From: an uncultured Bacteroidota bacterium
GTDB taxonomy: Bacteria > Bacteroidota > Bacteroidia > Flavobacteriales > Flavobacteriaceae
Length of the DNA: 64,000 bases
Assembly (NCBI GenBank): GCA_902586905.1
Contig: CACIJH010000006.1
Coordinates: 9,874-73,873 of the forward strand
Direction: 5' to 3'
In this document: one piece after another, positions 16,545-25,355 of the stretch
Position numbering within the stretch: the stretch's first letter is position 1
Layout of the letters: every line of letters starts with the position of its first letter
Made by a program: the position numbers and the translations under genes
Notes under the pieces: generated by a model
Seen by the model: only the letters and a program-made list of their open reading frames with translations
Told to the model about the DNA's origin: nothing
The model's database searches: none

Positions 16545-17615
16545 ATGACAATTAGCACTCTTATCGTTTTATTGGGTTATGGGTTTATTTTTACTTGGCT
16601 TACCATTCCACGTGTGGCTGAGATTGTAAAAAAGTACCGGATTTTTCGAAAACCCAGTGAACGTGATCTTCATTGGAGCTTTGTTCCTAAGCTTACTGGC
16701 TTGTCGTTCTATGCTGCACTTTTGGTTGTTGCTTTTGCTTTTGTCCCCTTTGTGGATGTCCAACGACTAATTCTTGTTTTGGGCGCTGGTGCAATTGTTA
16801 TCTATGTTGGTATTCGAGATGATATCTATCAGCTCAGACCTATTGTTAAGCTTATGCTTCAGCTTGTTGCTATTTCGTTTTTTGTTTTTGGAGACGATCT
16901 GGTTGTTCGCAATCTCAATGGGTTTTTAAATATTTATGAGCTCCCTCTAGGAATGGACTATTTATTCACATTTTTTATTGGAGTGTTTATGATTAATTCT
17001 TTCAATCTCTGTGATGGAATTGATGGCCTAGCAGCCATGATGGGCATCGTCATTTCTGTGTGTTATGGAGCCATCTTCTACATTGTCAGCGACTATTTAT
17101 TTTTATCGTTTTGTGTAATCCTAATTGGTTCTCTGCTAGCTTTTTTACGTTTCAATTTACCACATAAAAACAAAGTGTTTATGGGCGATACTGGATCTTT
17201 ATTTTTAGGGTTTATGTTTTACTTGTTTACCATGTATTTTGTAACGACCGATTCTGTGATTTTGTCCGTTTTTATTCCTCACAAATCCCTTGTGACTGTG
17301 GCTGCTCTTAGTGTTTTTATTGTGCCTATACTGGATTCTGGTAGTGTGTTTTTCAGTCGGGTTTGGCACAAAAAAAGCCCATTTAAACCCGACAATAATC
17401 ATATCCACCACTTGGTGCTTCACTACACCAAAAACCATATTATGGCTTCTCTGATTATCATTGCGTGTTTAACTGCTACCTTGATGTTGTTTTCACAACT
17501 TGCCTTTAGCCTTAGTCACGAGCTTACAATCATCTTGTTTTTTGTCTACCTGATTTTTTGGTATATCACACTCTTTTTTCTGCGACGAAGAGTACGTAAA
17601 GAAAAGTCTGTTTAG
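16545..17615 (+). CDS. Polyprenyl-phosphate HexNAc-1-phosphate transferase (WecA/MraY, GT4 family), initiating enzyme
   Basis: NLCDGIDGLAAMMG and FMGDTGSLFLGF motifs, about 10 TM helices. Start moved to MTISTLIVLLGY, because the 45-codon upstream extension overlaps the divergent gene. Confidence 0.85.
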   Translation: MTISTLIVLLGYGFIFTWLTIPRVAEIVKKYRIFRKPSERDLHWSFVPKLTGLSFYAALLVVAFAFVPFVDVQRLILVLGAGAIVIYVGIRDDIYQLRPIVKLMLQLVAISFFVFGDDLVVRNLNGFLNIYELPLGMDYLFTFFIGVFMINSFNLCDGIDGLAAMMGIVISVCYGAIFYIVSDYLFLSFCVILIGSLLAFLRFNLPHKNKVFMGDTGSLFLGFMFYLFTMYFVTTDSVILSVFIPHKSLVTVAALSVFIVPILDSGSVFFSRVWHKKSPFKPDNNHIHHLVLHYTKNHIMASLIIIACLTATLMLFSQLAFSLSHELTIILFFVYLIFWYITLFFLRRRVRKEKSV

Positions 17616-18682
17616 CTGCTTTTCAGCTCTTCTAAAATTTGGAATACTGGGGCTTTTACAAGCGTCCAACCCACTGCTATTACACCTCCCAAAAAGGTCC
17701 AGATAATTACCATCATCGTGCGCTGAGGTTTTGAACGTATTAAGGGAACACTTACTGGTTCAATGATCATAAAAATCGGGGTGTCTTTATTGACTTGTAT
17801 TTTGGCTTGCTCCACCTGTCCCGCCAACTCCTGAAAGACGGATGAGGTCACAGTAAATTGCGACTCTAGGCGCGTGAGTTGATTTTGGTATAAAGAAGAA
17901 GTGATGTTTAGATTTTGATCTTTAAACATCGCAATAGAGTCTTGAATTTGTTCAAACTCCTGGCGCTTTGCGTCAAATTGACTTTGAACAAACTGCAAGT
18001 TGTTTCTGGCGCTTTGGCTTTTAAACGCAATGATTTTAGTTTGTAACAAGTCTGTTGCTGCTTGTGCTAGTTGTGCTGCAATCTTTCTGTCGGAAAACTC
18101 TACCCCAATAGAAACTAGGCCTTCCTGATCATCTACCTCCACCGACAAAATTTGACCTAAAAATTCAAACAAGTCTTTGTCCTCTTCGCTAATATCAAAA
18201 AGCTTATTGGTTTGTGGAGTGGGCTCTTCATTGTTGCTGGAAAACAATAGGCTTGGTAGGCCAATGGTATACTTTTTAATTGAGGCTATAATCGATACGC
18301 CTTCACCTTGACCTATAATATAATCACGAAAGCTGATTTGGTTTTCGCCAACAGGCGTTTCAAGCAACGCCATGCGATAAGGAGAACTTTCAGCAATTTG
18401 AGGGTATAATGAAGGTGCTATTTCTTGTGGCTGGCCACCCATAATCGCTGTGAGGTTTATGCCAGCAAGAGACGCCAAGCCGCCTAGAGATGAGTTTGAT
18501 TGTCCCTCAGAAAGCTGAGGCATAAACATCGATGATGCGGTGTAGCGTACAGGTGAAACCAATGCCAAAACAATCCCTAGAACAGAGAACATAACTGTAA
18601 TTGTTATCACAAAACGCCTTGCTACAAAAACTGTTTTTAACAGAGCAATCAAGTCAATTTCGTCGTCTTTGTTGTCATTCAT
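17612..18682 (-). CDS. Wzz-type polysaccharide co-polymerase (chain-length determinant), no kinase domain
   Basis: N-terminal DEIDLIALLKTVFVARRFVITITVMFSVLGIVLAL plus PVRYTAS. Long coiled-coil periplasmic segment and a C-terminal TM helix MMVIIWTFLGGVIAVGW. 356 aa. Confidence 0.75.
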   Translation of the reverse strand: MNDNKDDEIDLIALLKTVFVARRFVITITVMFSVLGIVLALVSPVRYTASSMFMPQLSEGQSNSSLGGLASLAGINLTAIMGGQPQEIAPSLYPQIAESSPYRMALLETPVGENQISFRDYIIGQGEGVSIIASIKKYTIGLPSLLFSSNNEEPTPQTNKLFDISEEDKDLFEFLGQILSVEVDDQEGLVSIGVEFSDRKIAAQLAQAATDLLQTKIIAFKSQSARNNLQFVQSQFDAKRQEFEQIQDSIAMFKDQNLNITSSLYQNQLTRLESQFTVTSSVFQELAGQVEQAKIQVNKDTPIFMIIEPVSVPLIRSKPQRTMMVIIWTFLGGVIAVGWTLVKAPVFQILEELKSS

Positions 18683-18693
18683 TTGTCAAAATA

Positions 18694-21090
18694 TCAATTT
18701 CCGATTATTGTTCTTACAAGAAGGGTTAGGGAGGCAAGTGCCGATGTCATACCAATAACTTCCTGAACCGATACCTCGCGTTTTTGATCTTTGGTTGGAA
18801 CCACAACCACTGCACCGGGCTCAAGCCTAGGTCTTATATTAAAAATCAAGAAGCGCTTCGTTCCTTTCACGTCTCCATTTTGATAAATCACATAAGCGTT
18901 TTTATAATTTGCTGATTGTTTAGCTCCTCCTGCTTTGATGACCGCTTCTCTAAATGAAATTCCATTCGCATATGGCATTGCGGTCTCTCGCTGAACCGCA
19001 CCCAATACAGAAACTGTAGAGTCTTTTTTTGGAAAGAAAATCACATCGTTTGGCTTCAATAAAAGGTTGCCTGTGTAATTTCCTTTACTGGAAAGTATAT
19101 TTTCAAAATTAACCCCAATTTTAATATCTGTATCATCTTCATCAAAAAACAAGATGTTCAAAGAATCTTCTGTTTCTTCAATGTTGCTTTTGGTTTGATT
19201 TGAAATTTTTCTTTCGATAGAAACACCCCTCAAATTTGCTCCTGGGAGTGCTTTTCCAGCATCAAAATATAAATCATAAAGCGTATAATTTTCGTTGATG
19301 ATGGGATAAGTCCCTGGCCTGGAAACCTCCCCCTCTAATGTAACGAATGTTGTGGGCTGATAGCCTGGTTTTGCACGAACAACCATAAGGTCAGACGGGT
19401 TTAGTTCTACTTCTTTTGCTTCGTCAAACGAAAACCAGCGAGCATTAATGCGTTTGCTTTGATCCAATTCAGTTACATTGGTATACAATTCAATTTGATC
19501 TGTGTTGGCGCGATCATCAAATCCGTTGGCAATCAACACCAGATCTCTTGCTGTCATCCCTTCAAAAAAGGGATATTCGCCTGGCTCATTAACAATGCCT
19601 TGAACATCAACCGTTCTTTCAGTTTTTATATTTTCCATGGAAATGACAACCAAGCTGTCATTTGGTTGTAGTTGAATATCTTGAGTTTTGCTGGCAATCT
19701 CTGACAGATTAATCGTTTTGATTTCATTAAAATACCCTTGTGTAGATCGATACAAAATAGCTGATTCTGGATAAGCACCAGGGGTCAATCCGTTGCTGCT
19801 TTTCAATAATGCAGACAAGGTTGGTGATTCGTTTAATGGATAATTTCCAGGAAGGTATACTTCTCCCGAAACGCTCACCTTATTTGTATATTTATCCGAG
19901 ACGCTTTTTGCTTCAACCGAGTCTCCATCTGTTAGTGATGTGGAGCTGTATGATGGTTGGTCAATTTTGATGATTTCACGCTCCAGCTCTAGTACACGAT
20001 CTACATACACTGCTTTTTTATATGCTTCAGACGAAAAGCCTCCAACATAAGACAGTAAGTCTTCAACCGTCTCATTCTGCAAGGTTTCGAAGCGTCCTGT
20101 CGTCTTAAACGCTCCATCTACTGTTATTCGGTTGTGATGAGGAGAAACAACAATGACATCTTGATCGTTGAGAAAAAAGGAAGGGTATGTTCCTTTAACA
20201 AAATAGTCATATAAATCAACCGTTTGTGCACGCTTGCCGTTGCGCATGATTGAAATGTCTCGATAACTACCGCTTTCGCTTGGGCCTCCTGCTGCATAAA
20301 GTGCGTTCAAAACAGAAGAGAATCCAGAAATTGTATAGGTGCCAGGTGCTTCCACGCTTCCTGTGATGTTTACAACAATACTTCTCGCTTTTTGAAGGTT
20401 TACATCCAAATACACTTTCGATTCGTTAGGAGCATCTGGCGAAAGACCTGTATAAATCGAAGAAAATTCGTTTCTGATTTTTCGCTCTGCTGCCGCTATT
20501 GTCAGGCCAGACAAGTACATCGGTTTAAGCCTGTCTATACGAACAACTCCTTGCCTCGATAAGGTCAATTCATAGCGGTTTTCCGAAGCGCCCCAAACAT
20601 CAATAGAGATTTCGTCCGTTGGTCCTAAGCGATATCCTGCAGGTGTTGCCACATAAAACTGTGGTGTTTCGGTTATCTTTTGATTGGCGAAAAAAGCACT
20701 TCCAAAAATATCAGATTCTTCTTCCTCTTCACCAAACATAAGCATCGCTGTGTCGTTTCCAAAGCCAAGAGATTCTTGATTTTGCATGTTATTTTCGTCT
20801 TGGTCATCGCCGCCCTCTTGGTTCTCTGCCCAAGCATTTCGAAGCAGAGACAAGTCTTGAAGAGTTGCGCCTTGAGCTTTTGCCAATCCTTCTAGCTGCA
20901 CCAAAGAATATCCTCGCTTTCGAGCTTCAATCACATAACTCGTTTGCTGTTTTGGGGTTAAGTTTCGAATTTGTGTCAAAAAGGGGGTTGTGTCTTGTGC
21001 AGCTGACGGGGCTACAAATAAGAACAACAATAACACTGAACTGTTCGTTAATAATCTTCTTACCATACCACTAAAGAAAACCTTTTGCAT
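18694..21090 (-). CDS. Wza-like polysaccharide export outer-membrane protein with multiple SLBB-type repeats
   Basis: Signal peptide and the Poly_export-like YRLGPTDEISIDVWG motif. The G.V..PG.Y. motif (e.g. GSVEAPGTYTI, GEVYLPGNYPL, GIVNEPGEYPF, GEVSRPGTYPI) recurs. 798 aa. Confidence 0.8.
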   Translation of the reverse strand: MQKVFFSGMVRRLLTNSSVLLLFLFVAPSAAQDTTPFLTQIRNLTPKQQTSYVIEARKRGYSLVQLEGLAKAQGATLQDLSLLRNAWAENQEGGDDQDENNMQNQESLGFGNDTAMLMFGEEEEESDIFGSAFFANQKITETPQFYVATPAGYRLGPTDEISIDVWGASENRYELTLSRQGVVRIDRLKPMYLSGLTIAAAERKIRNEFSSIYTGLSPDAPNESKVYLDVNLQKARSIVVNITGSVEAPGTYTISGFSSVLNALYAAGGPSESGSYRDISIMRNGKRAQTVDLYDYFVKGTYPSFFLNDQDVIVVSPHHNRITVDGAFKTTGRFETLQNETVEDLLSYVGGFSSEAYKKAVYVDRVLELEREIIKIDQPSYSSTSLTDGDSVEAKSVSDKYTNKVSVSGEVYLPGNYPLNESPTLSALLKSSNGLTPGAYPESAILYRSTQGYFNEIKTINLSEIASKTQDIQLQPNDSLVVISMENIKTERTVDVQGIVNEPGEYPFFEGMTARDLVLIANGFDDRANTDQIELYTNVTELDQSKRINARWFSFDEAKEVELNPSDLMVVRAKPGYQPTTFVTLEGEVSRPGTYPIINENYTLYDLYFDAGKALPGANLRGVSIERKISNQTKSNIEETEDSLNILFFDEDDTDIKIGVNFENILSSKGNYTGNLLLKPNDVIFFPKKDSTVSVLGAVQRETAMPYANGISFREAVIKAGGAKQSANYKNAYVIYQNGDVKGTKRFLIFNIRPRLEPGAVVVVPTKDQKREVSVQEVIGMTSALASLTLLVRTIIGN

Positions 21091-21093
21091 GTG

Positions 21094-22740
21094 TTATGAG
21101 TTTATTTTTTCTAAGATTTTTTGTGTAATCGTGTAGGTCGGTACGACTCCCGTTTGACCCAATGAGCCAGAGGCCAAGGTGCTACCTGTTTCTAAGGGGT
21201 TATCCGAAGCGTAGTAAGCATAGCGAATTTTGATGTTCGGACGAACTGTTTTTCTGATATGCATAGCAGACTGAATCGCTTTTTGATAATGAACTCCTTC
21301 CATTTCGATTCCTATTACCTTCCAAGAGGAGCCGCAAAAATACGTTAAAATGTCTTTGTTTTGAAGAGATGTGCCTAGAACAGTAATCATTGTTCCTTTA
21401 TAGGTTGGGATTTTTGTGCTGGCAAAGTCGTCTGGCGACAAGTCATTCTCAAAAGGATAATTGTCGGATGTACCTTCAAAAATATGTGCTGTTGGTACCA
21501 TGACGTCTCCTTTTTTGCCATTCATAATCCCTGCTTTACCCATAATTGAAATCGATTCCAATTGCTTCCCAATATTCGTTTTTAACAGCTCGTCCATCAG
21601 CTCGTATGCTTGTTCGCCAAAGGCATAATCAAACACAACCAAAACTGTCCCCTTTGCAAACGCATACTTGTTCCCCTTTATTTTATCGGTATCTATAATT
21701 TGTGCGTGTACGTTGCTACCAGTATTGTCCTTTGTTTCGATAAACCCTTGTTTTTTGGCAAATTGATTTACTTTTTTCTGATTGGTTTGATCATCTATAA
21801 ACTGGCCAAACCATGTTTTGTCCTTTGCCGTTTTGCCCAATGCCTCTTCTGCATAAATTGTATTTAGAAAGCTATGCCGATTTGCAGAAACCAAATGGAT
21901 TGGTCGGTCAACGAGCTTGTGTTGTTCCAACACCTGATAAAGCTGGTTTGCCCAACGTTCACCATGGATGTGATGTCCAATCTGATCTCTTAACATTGCG
22001 CTAAATGTTATCACCCTCTTGTTCCCTTTACTGCGTTCGTTTATGGCAACGCGAACCATGTGATAGATCAGCCGAATGAATCGATGAGGGTTTTTTGGGG
22101 TTTGAAAACGATTGTAAAAATCCGTTGCTTCGTTATATGTACACTCCAATAGTTGCGCCAAATACGCCATTGTTGATTCCAATTCATTCTTCCCAACGGT
22201 TTTGGTTGAGGTGGCTGTGGCTTCAATTTTTTGCCATTCACGTATAGTTTGTTTAGATGATGGGATATACACTCGATTGCAAATTTTATCTGCCTCGATA
22301 TACAAAAATGTCAAATGCGTCAGGATGTCATAAACCTCTGATCGCCCTCTTGTGACCTCTATGACCATTTGGTCCTTGTCGATACGATAGCAGTTTCGTC
22401 TTCTTTTGGCAGGGATAATCGGTTGAAAACTAGAGGAGGATAACCCCTCTTCTGCTGTCATATTGATCGAAACACACTCTGTTATACCCTCTGGCAAACG
22501 ATCGATAACGTACAACAAGCCATTTAACTCTGTTTTGGTTTCTGCAATTGTGCCATAAATCTCTGGTTTCAGGGTGAGTAATGCTTTGCGTAATGATGTG
22601 CCCGAAACACCCATAGGTTTGTAAAACCCTCGGTTGAGTAGGTGGCGCATACTGATATACATCCGAGCAATGGCGTTGGATGAGTCTTGCGCACGTTTTC
22701 GCAGAGCTGCCGAAACTGTTGGTTGTTGCGTCATTGACAT
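21094..22740 (-). CDS. Conserved-looking protein of unknown function; C-terminal ~200 aa resemble the nucleoside phosphorylase (PNP/UDP, AMP-nucleosidase) fold
   Basis: C-terminal blocks VLVVFDYAFGEQAYELM, ISIMGKAGIMNGKKGDVMVPT, GTMITVLGTS and VIGIEMEGVHYQKAI are colinear with the four core motifs of MtnN/Udp/Amn-type enzymes. I do not recognise the N-terminal ~330 aa. Confidence 0.55.
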   Translation of the reverse strand: MSMTQQPTVSAALRKRAQDSSNAIARMYISMRHLLNRGFYKPMGVSGTSLRKALLTLKPEIYGTIAETKTELNGLLYVIDRLPEGITECVSINMTAEEGLSSSSFQPIIPAKRRRNCYRIDKDQMVIEVTRGRSEVYDILTHLTFLYIEADKICNRVYIPSSKQTIREWQKIEATATSTKTVGKNELESTMAYLAQLLECTYNEATDFYNRFQTPKNPHRFIRLIYHMVRVAINERSKGNKRVITFSAMLRDQIGHHIHGERWANQLYQVLEQHKLVDRPIHLVSANRHSFLNTIYAEEALGKTAKDKTWFGQFIDDQTNQKKVNQFAKKQGFIETKDNTGSNVHAQIIDTDKIKGNKYAFAKGTVLVVFDYAFGEQAYELMDELLKTNIGKQLESISIMGKAGIMNGKKGDVMVPTAHIFEGTSDNYPFENDLSPDDFASTKIPTYKGTMITVLGTSLQNKDILTYFCGSSWKVIGIEMEGVHYQKAIQSAMHIRKTVRPNIKIRYAYYASDNPLETGSTLASGSLGQTGVVPTYTITQKILEKINS

Positions 22741-24224
22741 TCTTTTTTAAGTTCGTCTGCTATTTTTCGATCGTTCGTCAAGCGTGGAACCTTATTTTGT
22801 CCGCCCAATTTACCGATTCTTTTCATATAGCGTGAAAACCCTTCTTTTTGAACGACTTTAATTTCCAAAGGACGCAGTACTTTTCCTTTGATTAGATCGT
22901 CATAATATCTGTTTTGTTTACACAGTTGCTGGTCAACGTCCAAGCAAAATTGTTTAATATCTTTTGGGGGCGAGGTAAACTCGATAAACCACTCGTGATA
23001 CGGAAGTCCTTCTTGGGGGTTGACTTGAGGGGCAACTGTGAATTCGCTGATTTCAATATCAGTTTCGCTTGTTGCTTGCAGCAAAGCTTGTTCGACCTCT
23101 TTCCCAATCACGTGCTCGCCAAAAGCAGAGATGAAGTGCTTGATGCGACCCGAAACCACCACTCGGAAGGGAAATAAGGATGTAAATATCACAGTGTCTC
23201 CGATGTTATACCCCCACAAACCTGCGTTTGTGGATATAATTATCACATAATTAACGCCCAACTCCACTTCAGCCAACCCTAAACGTGGAGGTGATGCATC
23301 ATAAAACTGGTCTGCAGAAATAAACTCATAAAAAATCCCTGAATCAAGTTGTAGGAGCATCCCTTCTGCGTCTGGATGATCCTGAAAAGCAAAAAAACCT
23401 TCAGAGGCAGGGTAGAGCTCCACACTTGGTATATGACGACCTACTAAACTTTCTAGTTTTGTTCGATAGGGCTCATAATTTACCCCTCCATACACAAACA
23501 AGTTAAAGTTTGGGAACAAGTCCCCTACTTTTTTACCTGTTTTTAACTGTAGTTTCTCATAATACATGCTCACCCAAGGAGGAATGCCACTAATCAAACG
23601 CATATCTTTTTGGTGGGTCTCTTCAACAATGGCATCTACTTTTATTTCCCAATCTTCAATACAGTTTGTTTCCCAAGAAGGTAATCGATTTTTTTGAAGG
23701 TATTTTGGTACATAATGAGCCACGATGCCCGAGAGACGTCCCAAATCAATTCCGTTTTTCTTTTCAAGGATTGGGCTTCCTTGTAAGAAAATCATTTTGC
23801 CATCTACAAATGAGGCGTCATCCGTTGCTTCGATATGACAAAACAAAGCGTTTTTAGCTGCCTCGATATGGGTTGGCATTGATTCCTTGGTGAGTGGGAT
23901 ATACTTCATCCCAGAAGTTGTTCCTGATGTTTTTGCAAAATATAAGGGTTTGCCTGGCCAGAGCACATCCGCTTCACCCTCAACCACTCGATCTACATAT
24001 GCGCGCAGGCCCTCATAATCAGCGACAGCAACCTGCTTTACAAAGTCTTTATGGCTTTGAATTTGGTCGAAGTTATGGTCTTTACCAAAAGCTGTGTGTT
24101 TTGCTTTCTCAATCAGCTGCTTTAATACTTTTTGTTGGGTCTCAATGGGTTTTGATGACCAATAATTTATTTTTTTTCTTGCGCGTTTTGCGAGTTGTTT
24201 CGCTATCAGTTTTCGCAATGACAT
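22731..24224 (-). CDS. GH3-family (acyl-acid amido synthetase-like) adenylate-forming enzyme
   Basis: FAKTSGTTSGMKYIPLT (the GH3 SSGTT..K.IP motif), YGGVNYEPY and YASEGFF-like YPASEGFFAFQ. 497 aa. Confidence 0.85.
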   Translation of the reverse strand: MSLRKLIAKQLAKRARKKINYWSSKPIETQQKVLKQLIEKAKHTAFGKDHNFDQIQSHKDFVKQVAVADYEGLRAYVDRVVEGEADVLWPGKPLYFAKTSGTTSGMKYIPLTKESMPTHIEAAKNALFCHIEATDDASFVDGKMIFLQGSPILEKKNGIDLGRLSGIVAHYVPKYLQKNRLPSWETNCIEDWEIKVDAIVEETHQKDMRLISGIPPWVSMYYEKLQLKTGKKVGDLFPNFNLFVYGGVNYEPYRTKLESLVGRHIPSVELYPASEGFFAFQDHPDAEGMLLQLDSGIFYEFISADQFYDASPPRLGLAEVELGVNYVIIISTNAGLWGYNIGDTVIFTSLFPFRVVVSGRIKHFISAFGEHVIGKEVEQALLQATSETDIEISEFTVAPQVNPQEGLPYHEWFIEFTSPPKDIKQFCLDVDQQLCKQNRYYDDLIKGKVLRPLEIKVVQKEGFSRYMKRIGKLGGQNKVPRLTNDRKIADELKKECQ

Positions 24225-24225
24225 C

Positions 24226-25095
24226 TTATTCGAATTCTATTAACTCCGTTGGGTTGATGGGATAACCATCACTCCAAAGTTCCAAATGTAAATGAGGCCC
24301 TGTTGATAAGGTTCCTGTGCTTCCTGCAAAACTGATTACCTCGCCAGAAAGAACAAGGTCGCCTTGATTGACAGCTAAAGATTCGTTGTGTTTGTAAACA
24401 GAGATAAGGTTTTGTTGGTGTTTGATGATTACAACATAGCCTGTCTCTGTTGTCCATTCAGCCAAAATCACTGTTCCGTCCGACACTGCTTTTATAGGTG
24501 TTTTTTCTGGTACGCTGATATCAACTGCAAAATGGTTTTCGGATGGGGAATATCCTTGTGTGATCACCCCAGTCACTGGTGTAAATAGCGTAAAGTTGTT
24601 TTCGGTCCCAGCTGTTTCAAATAAATTGAATCGATCTTCCTGTGCAACTTCTGCGCGTAGAATAGAATCTTGTTTGTTTGTGCTAAAGTCCAGCTCCTCT
24701 AGCTGGTCTATGTCATCTATTGATCCACTCGATGGTATGTCTTCTAGATCCACATTTCCACTCAATGCGTCAGCGATAGAGGTAATATATCTTTCATTTA
24801 AAAACAGTTGCTGCTGCAAGGAATCTATAAGGTAAGTATTGTTTATTGCCTGTCGTCGCAGTGCTGTTGAATCATATCCTGGTATATATTCTTTGAGTGG
24901 TGTAACTGAAATAATCAAATATGTGGCGGCAATTAAAAGAATCGCCGAAATACTCAAAATCATAAACACATTGAGTCGACTCAACTTATATGACAACATC
25001 TCCTCAAATGTGTTCTCATTGAGAACCACAAAGCGGTATTTTGCCACAAGTCTGGAGCGAAATGATTTGTTGTCTTTATTGTTTGATTTGGCCAT
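24226..25095 (-). CDS. Membrane-anchored M23 (LytM-type) metallopeptidase
   Basis: HFAVDIS, TGYVVIIKH and STGPHLHLELW zinc-site motifs, with an N-terminal TM helix. Start set at MAKSNNKD (25095); the track start is 25128. Confidence 0.85.
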   Translation of the reverse strand: MAKSNNKDNKSFRSRLVAKYRFVVLNENTFEEMLSYKLSRLNVFMILSISAILLIAATYLIISVTPLKEYIPGYDSTALRRQAINNTYLIDSLQQQLFLNERYITSIADALSGNVDLEDIPSSGSIDDIDQLEELDFSTNKQDSILRAEVAQEDRFNLFETAGTENNFTLFTPVTGVITQGYSPSENHFAVDISVPEKTPIKAVSDGTVILAEWTTETGYVVIIKHQQNLISVYKHNESLAVNQGDLVLSGEVISFAGSTGTLSTGPHLHLELWSDGYPINPTELIEFE

Positions 25096-25177
25096 CGTTT
25101 GCAAATATAACCAACTCTGTTTTGGCACATCTTACAGTTCTAAAAAACTTTACTACATTTGCTTAAAATAATCGTTT

Positions 25178-25354
25178 ATGTCCTCTTTATTTCTGCCGTT
25201 AGCAATTGGTCCTTGGCAAATTGTTCTTCTTGTTGTCTTGGTTGTTCTTCTTTTTGGAGGACGTAAAATTCCAGAGCTTATGCGCGGTCTTGGCACTGGC
25301 ATCAAAGAGTTTAAAGATGCCTCAAAAGAAGAAGATTCTGAAAAAGAAAAATAA
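25178..25354 (+). CDS. tatA: Twin-arginine translocase subunit TatA/E (58 aa; below the ORF-track length cut-off)
   Basis: My translation of nt 25178-25354 is MSSLFLPLAIGPWQIVLLVVLVVLLFGGRKIPELMRGLGTGIKEFKDASKEEDSEKEK*. It has the canonical TM helix, then FGG.K(I/L)PE, then an amphipathic helix. Confidence 0.85.
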   Translation: MSSLFLPLAIGPWQIVLLVVLVVLLFGGRKIPELMRGLGTGIKEFKDASKEEDSEKEK

Positions 25355-25355
25355 A

